A stretch of 64,000 nucleotides of DNA from Nannocystis pusilla. GTDB lineage: Bacteria > Myxococcota_A > Polyangia > Nannocystales > Nannocystaceae. The translations under genes were made by a program, and so were the position numbers. The notes beneath the pieces are model-generated. The model did no database searches, was not told where the DNA came from, and saw nothing but the letters and a program-made list of their open reading frames with translations. The stretch's first letter is position 1. Each line of letters opens with the position of its first letter. The stretch spans positions 3,437,168-3,501,167 of the forward strand of contig NZ_JAPNKE010000002.1 of the NCBI RefSeq assembly GCF_026626665.1. The letters run 5' to 3'. Positions 50,848-58,642 of this stretch are shown piece after piece.

Positions 50848-51195
50848 ATGGGCCCCCTGCTCGACTACCTGCCGCTCGTCGCAGCCGTCGGGCTCATCGG
50901 GGTCCTCGCCGGCCTGGTCCGCGCCCGGGCGAGGCAGCAAGCCGCGCCCGACGCCGGCGAGGGCTTGGTGCAGCTGCGCCCGCGCCAGCCCGTCGACACC
51001 GGCGGCCTCCTCGCGCTCGCCGGCCTCGGCTTCGCGCTCGCGCTGGCCCTGGTCCTGTTCGCGCCGACCGCCGCGGTCTGTCTGTCCAGCACGACATGTC
51101 CGGAAGGACCTGCCCTTTGGGTCAGCGCCGCCGGCCTCGGTCTGCTGGGCTTGGCGACCGCGATCGCGTGGCCCTCGCTGACCCGCGCGCCATGA
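50848..51195 (+). CDS. small membrane protein (3 TM, hypothetical); contains an in-frame 14-bp-repeat block at 51088-51125
   Basis: The ATG overlaps the upstream TAA. Hydrophobic helices are present. cacGACATGTCC ggaaGGACCTGCCC tttggg encodes ...STTCPEGPALW... Confidence 0.45.
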   Translation: MGPLLDYLPLVAAVGLIGVLAGLVRARARQQAAPDAGEGLVQLRPRQPVDTGGLLALAGLGFALALALVLFAPTAAVCLSSTTCPEGPALWVSAAGLGLLGLATAIAWPSLTRAP

Positions 51196-51289
51196 TCCGC
51201 CCGCGCGCTGCCGCCTCGCCTGCGCCCGCGTCGGCGAGCGGCGACGTCGCGCTGCGCGTCTCGGCGAATGGTCGTGCCCGAAGCGTCGG

Positions 51290-51790
51290 CGACGTCGCTG
51301 TGCCGGACGACATGTCGCGCGAGCTCCAGTCGCAGCTTCGCGACTTCGAGGTTCGTGCGAGCTCCTCGCTCGAGGTCGCGGGGCAGGACTTCCCGCTGCA
51401 CCCGCCCGCTTCGGCCCTGCCAGGCGTCGACGAGCTGTCTGCGAGCTCCTCGCTCGCGGTCGTCTCACCGCCTCTCTTTCTTCGCAGCTCCGAAGCAAGC
51501 GCGAGCACTCGGCTCGAGGTCGCATCGCCGCTCGCACTTCCTCGCAACCTCGACGCAAGCGCGAGCGCCCCGCCCGAGGTCGAATCGCCGCTTCCGTCCG
51601 CTTCGGCCATGCGCGGTCTCGCTGAGACGCTGGCGAGCTCCTCGCCCGATACTGCGTCGCCGCTTCCACTTCTTCGCGCCCTCGAAGCAAACACGAGCAC
51701 CTCGCCTGAGATCGCGTCGGTGGACGTCGCATCGCTACCGTCCACTTCGCTGGTCGCGCACGCGAGCTCGCCGCTTCCGCGTCGCAACCT
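51290..51790. repeat. ~500-bp degenerate tandem repeat (~60-66-bp units rich in GAGCTCCTCGC / CTCGAGGTCGC), Ser/Ala/Pro/Leu-rich in both strands' frames
   Basis: Recurring blocks gcgagctcctcgc...ctcgaggtcgc(a/g)... In the forward frame they give repeats like EASASTRLEVASPLALPRNLD / ASASAPPEVESPLPSAS... Confidence 0.7.
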
Positions 51791-53003
51791 CCTCCGCGCC
51801 GCGACCTCGCCCACCGCGCCTTGCGTCCTCTTCGTCGCGCTCGCGCTCGGCTGCGGCGCGCCGCCGACGGGCGTGCGCCCCGAACCGGGGACCCTCGTGT
51901 TCACGCCGGCGGCGGAGCGTCTCGAGCTGCGGCTCGTGAATCACGGCGCGGCGCCCGTGCCGTTGACGCGGATCCGCTTCGACACCCGCACCCCCGACTG
52001 GGGCGCCTTCTCGATCGAGAACCGCGAGTACCCGCGGGAGATCGCTGCCGGCGGAGCCGTGAGCCTGCGCCTCCGCGTCGACCGCGACCACTTCGATCGC
52101 GCCGGCGCCTCTCGCTCCGGCAGCGCGCGCCTCCTCTTTGCGGCGGGAGAGGCGCCCCAGATCGTCGAGCTCCGCTGGGAGCCGCCCGACCTCGCGAGCG
52201 ATCTGCGGCGCACGGCGATCCGCACCGCCCTGGCGCTCGCGCTCGTCGCGCTGGCGTGGATCTCGACGCGTCGCACCCGGCTGAACTGGACCACCTGGCT
52301 GCCCGTGCTCGCCGCCCTGGCGCTGTTCCCGTTCGGTCCCGGCCTGTGCTTCGACGGCGTCGGCAGCAGCCTCTCGGCGGCGGACGTCGAGCAGTGCGCC
52401 GTGGGTCGGGGCGGTGCTTCGCTGTCGCTGATCGCCGTCGGTGAAGGCTGGCTCGTCTATCTCGTCGCCCTCGTGTTCGCCGGCCTCGGTCGCCTCGTCG
52501 ACCGGGCTGCGCTGGCCCGCCGCCTCGCGTCGCGCGACCTCGCCCTCGCCGCCGCATTCGCCGGTCCGTTGCTGGCCTTTGGGACTCTCGATCCACGGCG
52601 GCTCGTGGGGGAGCAAGCAGCGGGGCTCGTCGGCGGAGCTGCGATCCCTCCTCTTGGGGAATCTTCGTGCAACCCATCGCCGCTGCCGTGGCCCTCGCGG
52701 CCGCGGCCGCGCCGCCGGCAGGACGGCTCGAGCGACTCGCCTTCGCAGCGGCGTTCGTCGCCTGTTTCCTCGGCGGTGGTTTGCCCGCGGCGGCGCTCGC
52801 CGGCAGCGGCCACGGCCTCGTGCTGTTCATCGGCGCAGTCGTGGCGGCGGCGAAGATCGCTGCGGTCGTGTGGTTCGTGCAGCGGCTGCACGCGCCGGCC
52901 ACCGGCTCGCGTGCGCGCTGCTCTCTTCTTTCTCGAGCGGGCCGCGATGCCCCTGGCGATCGCCAATTTGCTGGTGACGTCGGCCTACGCCCTGCTGCGG
53001 TGA
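51720..53003 (+). CDS. hypothetical Tat/lipoprotein-signal protein with extracytoplasmic beta-rich domain and C-terminal multi-TM region; start and one frame break (~52900) uncertain
   Basis: A GTG in frame gives VDVASLPSTSLVAHASSPLPRRNLLRAATSPTAPCVLFVALALGC (RR motif plus lipobox). Several predicted TM helices follow. The last 30 aa are in the frame of the 51096 ORF. Alternatively the gene starts at ATG 51192 and includes the repeat region. Confidence 0.4.
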   Translation: MDVASLPSTSLVAHASSPLPRRNLLRAATSPTAPCVLFVALALGCGAPPTGVRPEPGTLVFTPAAERLELRLVNHGAAPVPLTRIRFDTRTPDWGAFSIENREYPREIAAGGAVSLRLRVDRDHFDRAGASRSGSARLLFAAGEAPQIVELRWEPPDLASDLRRTAIRTALALALVALAWISTRRTRLNWTTWLPVLAALALFPFGPGLCFDGVGSSLSAADVEQCAVGRGGASLSLIAVGEGWLVYLVALVFAGLGRLVDRAALARRLASRDLALAAAFAGPLLAFGTLDPRRLVGEQAAGLVGGAAIPPLGESSCNPSPLPWPSRPRPRRRQDGSSDSPSQRRSSPVSSAVVCPRRRSPAAATASCCSSAQSWRRRRSLRSCGSCSGCTRRPPARVRAALFFLERAAMPLAIANLLVTSAYALLR

Positions 53004-53387
53004 CGCGGGATGCGAGCAGGGTCGGGCGGCCAGGTCCCGGGAGACTCGTGCGGCGCTGCGCACTCAGCGCGCAGCGTGTCCGGTGTCTCCAACGTAGCTT
53101 TTTCCGAAGCTGGTGTTAGCGTGGCCGGCGAAAAGCCTTGACCGCAGGCTTGCCCGGCGAGCGCGGATGCTAGTTCGGACGCCAAACCTCGTAATCCGAG
53201 TGAGACGGGACACACGCGACGCCGTTACGGCCCCACGGACCTGGGCTGAGATGGCGTCGCCGCAGGCTCGCGTGAAGAACCTGTCCCAAAGATATGAGCA
53301 GGCGCGGTATTGTACCCAGACCAACATCGGCGGGAGCTGTCCCTCCGATCGCGGTCGCGGCCCACGTGGGCCACGGGGAGGCGAATA

Positions 53388-54317
53388 ATGGCAACCACGA
53401 TCGCCCAGATCGGTGGATTTGAACTTTGGGACATCCTGCAACTTGCGCAGACGTCGCGCATGTCGATCAAGCTGTCCGTCGAGTCGCCGCATGGCGTCGG
53501 CGCGATGTTTTTCCAGGGCGGCAACCTCGTCCACGCCGAGACCGGCGCGGCCCAGGGTGACGACGCCGTCAACACGATCCTCGACTGGCGCGAGGGGAGC
53601 GTCTCGTCTTCGCAGTTGCCCGAGAACTGCCCGCAGACGGTGCGACACACCTCGATCGTCGCGTTGTTGATGGACCGGGCCCGTCAGCGCGACGAGGCTT
53701 CGCGCAACGAGCCCCCGCCGCGCAGCGAGCCGCCGCGCAGCGAGCCGCCGCCGCAACGCGAGCCACCGCCACGTGCCGCGACGCCGCCCTCCCCTCCGCC
53801 GGTGCCGGTGATCGAGAAGCCGCAGCGAGCTGCGCCGGTCACCGTCCCGCCACTTCCGCCGCTGCCCCTCACCCCACCGACGCCGGCCTACGCGGCCGCC
53901 CCCAACGTTGCAGCGCGCGACAAGGAGCTGTCAGACATGGACCTCAAGGTCGTGAAGGCCATCCTCGAGGAGCTCGACGACCACCTCATGGGCGGCCTCA
54001 TCAGCGTCGACATCATCAGCAAGGCCTCGGGCATGTCGCTCGCGGGCATCAACTCGGCGCCCAAGGCGTGCGCCATGTTCAACCGCCTGTCCGAGCAGCT
54101 GCACAACGCGCTGACCCGCTCGGAGGACGCCCTCGCCAAGGGCATCAACAAGTTCATCATCGAGGGCGACAACGGCCTCCTGATCTTCGTCATCGAGCTC
54201 GACGATCGCCACCGCTGGGCGATCCTCGTCGACGGCGTCAAGGCGCAGCTGGGCTGGGTGTTCGTCATCATCCCCGAGCTCCAGCCGCGCCTCATCGCCG
54301 CGCTGAAGGGCCGCTGA
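53388..54317 (+). CDS. DUF4388 (N-terminal) / Pro-rich linker / Roadblock-LC7 (MglB-like, C-terminal) protein
   Basis: A GGAGGCGAA SD lies upstream. The DUF4388-like block is IGGFELWDILQLAQTSRMSIKLSVESPHGVGAMFFQGGNLVHAE. The roadblock-like block is LKVVKAILEELDDHLMGGLISVDIISKASGMSLAGI...GLLIFVIELDDRHRWAILVD. Confidence 0.7.
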   Translation: MATTIAQIGGFELWDILQLAQTSRMSIKLSVESPHGVGAMFFQGGNLVHAETGAAQGDDAVNTILDWREGSVSSSQLPENCPQTVRHTSIVALLMDRARQRDEASRNEPPPRSEPPRSEPPPQREPPPRAATPPSPPPVPVIEKPQRAAPVTVPPLPPLPLTPPTPAYAAAPNVAARDKELSDMDLKVVKAILEELDDHLMGGLISVDIISKASGMSLAGINSAPKACAMFNRLSEQLHNALTRSEDALAKGINKFIIEGDNGLLIFVIELDDRHRWAILVDGVKAQLGWVFVIIPELQPRLIAALKGR

Positions 54318-54320
54318 GCC

Positions 54321-54395
54321 GACTGTCCTGAGGGACATGTCCTCACGGGCATGTCCCTCGGCACCTGCTCCCGAGCACCTGCCCGAATAAACCTG
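54321..54395. repeat. 14-bp-period repeat array (5 units: ACATGTCC / GCATGTCCC / ACCTGCYCC)
   Basis: gactgtcctgaggg acatgtcctcacgg gcatgtccctcggc acctgctcccgagc acctgcccgaataa. Confidence 0.75.
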
Positions 54396-54412
54396 GCCGA
54401 TCGGACAGCCCC

Positions 54413-55021
54413 GTGGTCTACATCAGCAAGGTCTACACGAAGTTCGGCGACTGCGGCGACACGATGCTCGCCAGCGGCGACACCGTCGGCAAGGACACCC
54501 CGCGGGTCGCCGCCTACGGCGAGGTCGACGAGCTCAACGCGGTGATCGGCGTGCTGCGCGTCGAGCTCTCCCGCGTCGGCGAGCCCGGCGAGCGCCGCGA
54601 GTTCCTGGCCGCGCTCGACGCCTCGCTGGCGCGGATCCAGCAAGAGCTGTTCGACCTCGGCGCGGAGCTGGCGACGCCCGGCGCGACCGAGGGCAAGGCG
54701 CCGCTCAAGGTCGAGGAGGCCGACGTCACGCGCCTCGAGCACGAGCTCGACGCGTGGAACCACGACCTGCCGCCGCTGCGCAGCTTCATCCTGCCGGGCG
54801 GCGGGCCGCTCGGCGCCTGGGCCCACCTCGCGCGCACCGTGTGCCGCCGCGCCGAGCGCAACGTCGTCGCCCTCGCCCGCGTCGAGCCGGTCCGCCCCGA
54901 GGCCGTCCGCTACATCAATCGCCTGAGCGACTGGTTCTTCGTCGTCGCCCGCGCCGCGGCCCACGCCTTCGCCGTCCCCGAAGTGCTGTGGGATACCCAC
55001 CGTCGGAAGCCCGCCCCGTGA
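54413..55021 (+). CDS. PduO-type ATP:cob(I)alamin adenosyltransferase
   Basis: KVYTKFGDCGDTML and GEVDELNAVIG are present, on a helical-bundle protein of about 200 aa. Confidence 0.8.
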   Translation: MVYISKVYTKFGDCGDTMLASGDTVGKDTPRVAAYGEVDELNAVIGVLRVELSRVGEPGERREFLAALDASLARIQQELFDLGAELATPGATEGKAPLKVEEADVTRLEHELDAWNHDLPPLRSFILPGGGPLGAWAHLARTVCRRAERNVVALARVEPVRPEAVRYINRLSDWFFVVARAAAHAFAVPEVLWDTHRRKPAP

Positions 55022-55245
55022 CCCCGCCTCTCCTGAAATTCCGCTACGAGTACCCACCCGGCGAGGCGCACTTCCTCGAGGCGCCGTCGGCCGAGGCCGC
55101 GGTGTTGTTCCTGCGCCGCACGTACCCGCACAACCCCGTCGACGTGCTGCCGACGCTGCGCGAGATCTCGCGCTGGCCCGCCTTCTGGAAGACCGTCGAC
55201 GGGCAGGGGCTCGTCGTCCCCGACAACGTCAAGCCGCGCTCCTGA
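55018..55245 (+). CDS. small hypothetical protein (75 aa)
   Basis: The GTG start overlaps the upstream TGA. The coding-like composition reads PPLLKFRYEYPPGEAHFLEAPSAEAAVLFLRRTYPHNPVDVL... Confidence 0.3.
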   Translation: MTPPLLKFRYEYPPGEAHFLEAPSAEAAVLFLRRTYPHNPVDVLPTLREISRWPAFWKTVDGQGLVVPDNVKPRS

Positions 55246-55309
55246 GCGGTTTGTGGCGGCGCCGGGGCTCGCTTGACAGGGCCCGAGGCCCCGCCCACCC
55301 TCCGAGGCG

Positions 55310-56113
55310 ATGGCCGACGACGATCCGATCACCGAGGGAACTCTCGATCGCCACCTCCATCGGCCGCTCGCAGCGTGGGTCCTCGAGCGGGTGCGACCGG
55401 CGCCGAGCGTCGAGCTGCTCACCCTCGCCGGACTGGTGGTCGGCCTCACCGGCGCCGTCGCCGTGCTGCTGGCCGCGCCGAGCGGCGTCGACTGGATCTT
55501 CCCCGCCTGGCTGTTGTTCGCGTTCACCGTCGCCAGCCGGTGTCGCCGCCTCCTCGCCGGCGCCGCGGAGGCCGAGGCCGGCACGCTCGAGTTTACGATC
55601 GGCGCCGCCTTTTGGGTCGCGCTGACGCTGCGAGCGGCGCCGGCCAACCCGTGGGCCTGCACCCTCGCGTCGGTGGCGCTGGTCAGCGCGCTGATCCACG
55701 TCGGGCTGCACGCCGAGCTGCGTCGCCGCTTCCGCGACCTGACCGGCGCAGGCAGCGACACAGCGCCGCCCTCGCCGCGGCCCTCGGTCGCCGCGCTGTC
55801 CCGCGGGCTCGGCCCCGCTGTGTTCCACGACATCGCGGCCGCGCTGCTCGGGCCGGAGCACACCGGCCCTCGTCCCACCCCCGGCGCGGCCCGCTCGCTG
55901 CTGGCCCCGCCGCTGCGCATGGCAGCGCCGCTGAGCCACGACACCCACCTCGCGCTGCTCTACGTCGCCACCGCCGCCGCGGCGATCCGGCTCGATCTGT
56001 CCTTCTGGACAGCCGCGCTCGCGGTCGCGGTCGGGCTCAACGTGTGGGCGCTGCTGGTCGTGTCGGCCTGGCGCCGCGCCGAGGCGCTGGTCCGCCGACT
56101 CCCGCCCGCCTGA
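55310..56113 (+). CDS. integral membrane protein (multi-TM, hypothetical)
   Basis: A 267-aa ORF with at least 5 hydrophobic helices. No confident family assignment. Confidence 0.5.
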   Translation: MADDDPITEGTLDRHLHRPLAAWVLERVRPAPSVELLTLAGLVVGLTGAVAVLLAAPSGVDWIFPAWLLFAFTVASRCRRLLAGAAEAEAGTLEFTIGAAFWVALTLRAAPANPWACTLASVALVSALIHVGLHAELRRRFRDLTGAGSDTAPPSPRPSVAALSRGLGPAVFHDIAAALLGPEHTGPRPTPGAARSLLAPPLRMAAPLSHDTHLALLYVATAAAAIRLDLSFWTAALAVAVGLNVWALLVVSAWRRAEALVRRLPPA

Positions 56114-56125
56114 GCTGCAAGTCAG

Positions 56126-56525
56126 GTGATGACTGCGCGCCGACCCGCGGGCTCAACCGAGCCGCGTACCTGGCCCAAAGGCCAGAGCGCATCCTCGCCG
56201 CAGCGCGCCCGAAGTCCGCACCTGCCCCTCAGGCAAAGTGTGACGACGCAGCGCTGCCCGCCGACTGCCGCGCCCGAGGGCCGCACCTGGCCTCAAACCT
56301 GGTGCGTCGGTTCACCGCGGCGCCAGTCCGCCGGCTACCCCCGACAGAGTCCGCACCTGACCCAAAAGCCAGGCGCATCCTCGCCGCAGCGCTGACCCGC
56401 TTGAAGTCCGCACCTGCCCCTCAGGCCAGATGTAACGCCGAAACGCTGCCTGCGGCGCCCGAAGGCCGCGCCTGGCCTCGGGCCTAGGTGCGCCGGTTCG
56501 CCGCGGCGCTGGTCCTCCGGCTGCC
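56126..56525. repeat. tandem array (about two copies of a ~195-bp unit, itself made of three related ~60-65-bp subunits carrying CCGCACCTG(N)CCC...AGGCCAG motifs), truncated on the right by the IS630 insertion
   Basis: The subunits begin at about 56150 (A), 56200 (B), 56278 (C), 56345 (A), 56402 (B) and 56458 (C). For example, gtccgcacctgacccaaaagccaggcgcatcctcgccgcagcgctg parallels cgtacctggcccaaaggccagagcgcatcctcgccgcagcgcgc. Confidence 0.7.
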
Positions 56526-56651
56526 TAGTACAGCCGCTCCGAAGTTCTCCAGGGGTTTATCGACGGCGGCGGTTCATGGATCCACCTGGATCCATCGCTG
56601 AAGGGGCCGTAGGCCTTGAAATAGAGAGCGCGCGAAAACGATCTCATTGGT

Positions 56652-57758
56652 GTGCCGGGACCGAGAGCGCAGCGACTCCGCCTGGCGCCGTCCGTCCGCA
56701 AGGAGCTGGAGGCGCTGGCGCGGAGTCGTTGCATCGAGGCGCGCCTGGTTCAGCGAGCCAGGATCGTGCTGCTGGCGGCCCAAGGGCTCCCGAACGCCGA
56801 GATTGCTCGGCGAGTGGGCTGCCACGTCGACACCGTGAGGCAGTGGCGCCAGCGCTTCGCCGAGGACGGCCGGGTGAGCACGCTCGCAGATCTGCCGCGC
56901 AGCGGCCGTCCAGCGCGGGTCTCCGCGGCAACGCGGTGCGAGCTCATCAAGCTCGCATGCGACAAGCCGGAAAACCACGGTGTCAAGCACCAGACCACGT
57001 GGACCTACGGGGCCCTGGCGAAGGTGCTGCTGCGCGAGACGGGCGTGAAGCTCAGCGTGTCCGAGGTGGGCAGGATCCTCCGCAACGAGGACTTCAGACC
57101 TCACAAGATGAGGTTGTGGCTGCACAGCCCCGATCCTGAGTTCTGTCCCAAAGTACAGCATATCTGCGACCTCTATCATCACCCGCCGGACGAGGCTCAT
57201 GTCATCTGCGTCGACGAGAAGACCGGCATGCAAGCACTCGGACGCCGGTTTCCGACCAAGCTTCCGGCCCCTGGACGGGCCGGTCGCTTCGAGTTCGAGT
57301 ACATCCGACGTGGTACGTGGTGCCTGTTCGGCGCCTTCGATGTTCGCACCGGCGAGCTGTTCGGCGAGTGCAAGGCAGGGCGCGAAGCCAAGGACCTCGT
57401 CGCATTCATGGAGGGCCTGGCGCGCAAGTACCCGACCGGCGACGTGTACGTCGTCTGGGACAACCTCAACATCCACTACGATGGTCGAGAGGAGCGCTGG
57501 GCCCGCTTCAACAAGCGTCACGGCGGCCGGTTCCACTTCGTCTACACGCCGCTGCACGCGTCGTGGGTCAACCAGATCGAGATCTGGTTCTCGCTGCTCC
57601 AGCGTCGCGTCCTGCGCCACGCCGACTTCCCCGACGCCGACGCGTTGCTTCGCGCCGTGAGGGGCTTCATCCGGCACTGGAACCGCAAGGAGGCCCACCC
57701 GTTCAACTGGACCTTCCGCGGCCACTTCGTCCAGAATGAGCGGCGACTCGCCTCATGA
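56652..57758 (+). CDS. IS630-family transposase (HTH + DDE_3)
   Basis: The N-terminal HTH is LLAAQGLPNAEIARRVGCHVDTVRQW. The DDE domain has ICVDEKTGMQ...GDVYVVWDNLNIH...NQIEIWFSLLQRRVL. 368 aa, intact. Confidence 0.9.
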   Translation: MPGPRAQRLRLAPSVRKELEALARSRCIEARLVQRARIVLLAAQGLPNAEIARRVGCHVDTVRQWRQRFAEDGRVSTLADLPRSGRPARVSAATRCELIKLACDKPENHGVKHQTTWTYGALAKVLLRETGVKLSVSEVGRILRNEDFRPHKMRLWLHSPDPEFCPKVQHICDLYHHPPDEAHVICVDEKTGMQALGRRFPTKLPAPGRAGRFEFEYIRRGTWCLFGAFDVRTGELFGECKAGREAKDLVAFMEGLARKYPTGDVYVVWDNLNIHYDGREERWARFNKRHGGRFHFVYTPLHASWVNQIEIWFSLLQRRVLRHADFPDADALLRAVRGFIRHWNRKEAHPFNWTFRGHFVQNERRLAS

Positions 57759-58078
57759 GCCGCCCTCGAACCACCGCCCGCCGCGCCGTCCCCGACACGG
57801 ACGACGACCTTCGCGCCGTCGAACAGTTCTTTCGCCGTCGTCCAAACCTCGCGCACATCCGCGTCCGCCACCGCGGGGCGCTCATCACCCTCGAGTCCGG
57901 TCCCTCAAACGACCCTATCCCGCACGCTCGCCTGCGCCGCGTGGCCGGCCAGATCTGGCAGCTTGAGATGGCCACCCACACGGGCCGCTGGCAACCGACT
58001 CCCCTCCGCGCCCCCCGCGACGCACTGCTCGAGGCGCTCGTCGCGGACTTCGGGTGGGTCCTCACGCCACAGGCCTAA
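57755..58078 (+). CDS. IS-internal accessory ORF (107 aa, hypothetical)
   Basis: The ATG overlaps the transposase TGA (ATGA). It lies inside the TIR-bounded element. Confidence 0.45.
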   Translation: MSRPRTTARRAVPDTDDDLRAVEQFFRRRPNLAHIRVRHRGALITLESGPSNDPIPHARLRRVAGQIWQLEMATHTGRWQPTPLRAPRDALLEALVADFGWVLTPQA

Positions 58079-58111
58079 CAACCCTCGAAGAACTTCGGGG
58101 CGGCTGTACTA

Positions 58112-58260
58112 GCGAACGAGTCTACACCTGACCCGAAGGCCAGGCGTACCGCCTCGCCGCGTTCTCCGCCCGAGGTCCACACCTGCCCCGAAGGCCTGAC
58201 GCACCCCAGCGCCAGCGCCGCGCACGACTGCGCTCGAGCCACCCGGCTAAGCGACGCGCG
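58112..58260. repeat. continuation of the CACCTG(N)CCC...AGGCCAG repeat array to the right of the IS630 insertion
   Basis: gagtctacacctgacccgaaggccaggcgtaccgcctcgccgcg (A-type) is followed by ccgaggtccacacctgccccgaaggcctgacg (B-type). Confidence 0.6.
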
Positions 58261-58334
58261 AGGTCCAGGTACGACGAGCGCGCCCGGGCTGCGGCGAGCG
58301 CAGCGCGGGCGCGAACGTGTCTGGCCGATCGGTC

Positions 58335-58376
58335 ATGTCCCGGGACCCTGTCCGCGGGGACACACGCCGGCGGCGC
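58335..58376. repeat. 14-bp-period palindromic repeat (3 units) immediately 3' of the ACP gene
   Basis: tcATGTCCCGGGACcc TGTCCGCGGGGACA cacgcc. Confidence 0.6.
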
Positions 58377-58642
58377 TCAGGACGCCGCGGCCTGCTTCTC
58401 TTGCACCGTCTTGTGCAGCAGGTCGACGAGCTCGTCGATGTTCGTCAGCTTGTTGAGCTCGGCGCGGGGATCTTCACCTTGAGCTCGCGCATGCTGCAGG
58501 AGACGACCTCGACGATGTCGAGGCTGTTGGCCCCGAGGTCCTTCATCGACTTGGCGGGGTCGACCTGGGCCGCATCGATCCCTTCGACGGTGTCCACGAG
58601 GTGGCGCTTGACGACGGCCAAGACATCATCGCGGGTGCTCAT
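58377..58642 (-). CDS. acyl carrier protein (discrete ACP); 1-nt frame break near 58462
   Basis: The phosphopantetheine site is LGANSLDIVEV. The C-terminal 30 aa (RAELNKLTNIDELVDLLHKTVQEKQAAAS*) read only after a 1-nt shift in a CCCCGCGCC run. Confidence 0.8.

Larger units (their letters stand above)
56528..58109 (+). mobile_element. IS630-family insertion sequence (Tc1/mariner superfamily), 1582 bp, ~30-bp terminal inverted repeats, TA target duplication at a CTAG site
   Basis: The left end GTACAGCCGCTCCGAAGTTCTCCAGGGGTT (56528-56557) is the reverse complement of the right end AACCCTCGAAGAACTTCGGGGCGGCTGTAC (58080-58109), matching at 27/30. The element is flanked by TA (56526-56527) and TA (58110-58111). 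The joined flanks reconstitute ...cctagcg... (CTAG). Confidence 0.85.

Noticed and set aside
56126-56487. ORFs overlapping the repeat array (56126..56395 plus, 55273..56487 plus)
   Set aside because: The translations are Arg/Pro/Ser-rich, repeat with the DNA unit, and have no start context. The region is better explained as a non-coding tandem array.
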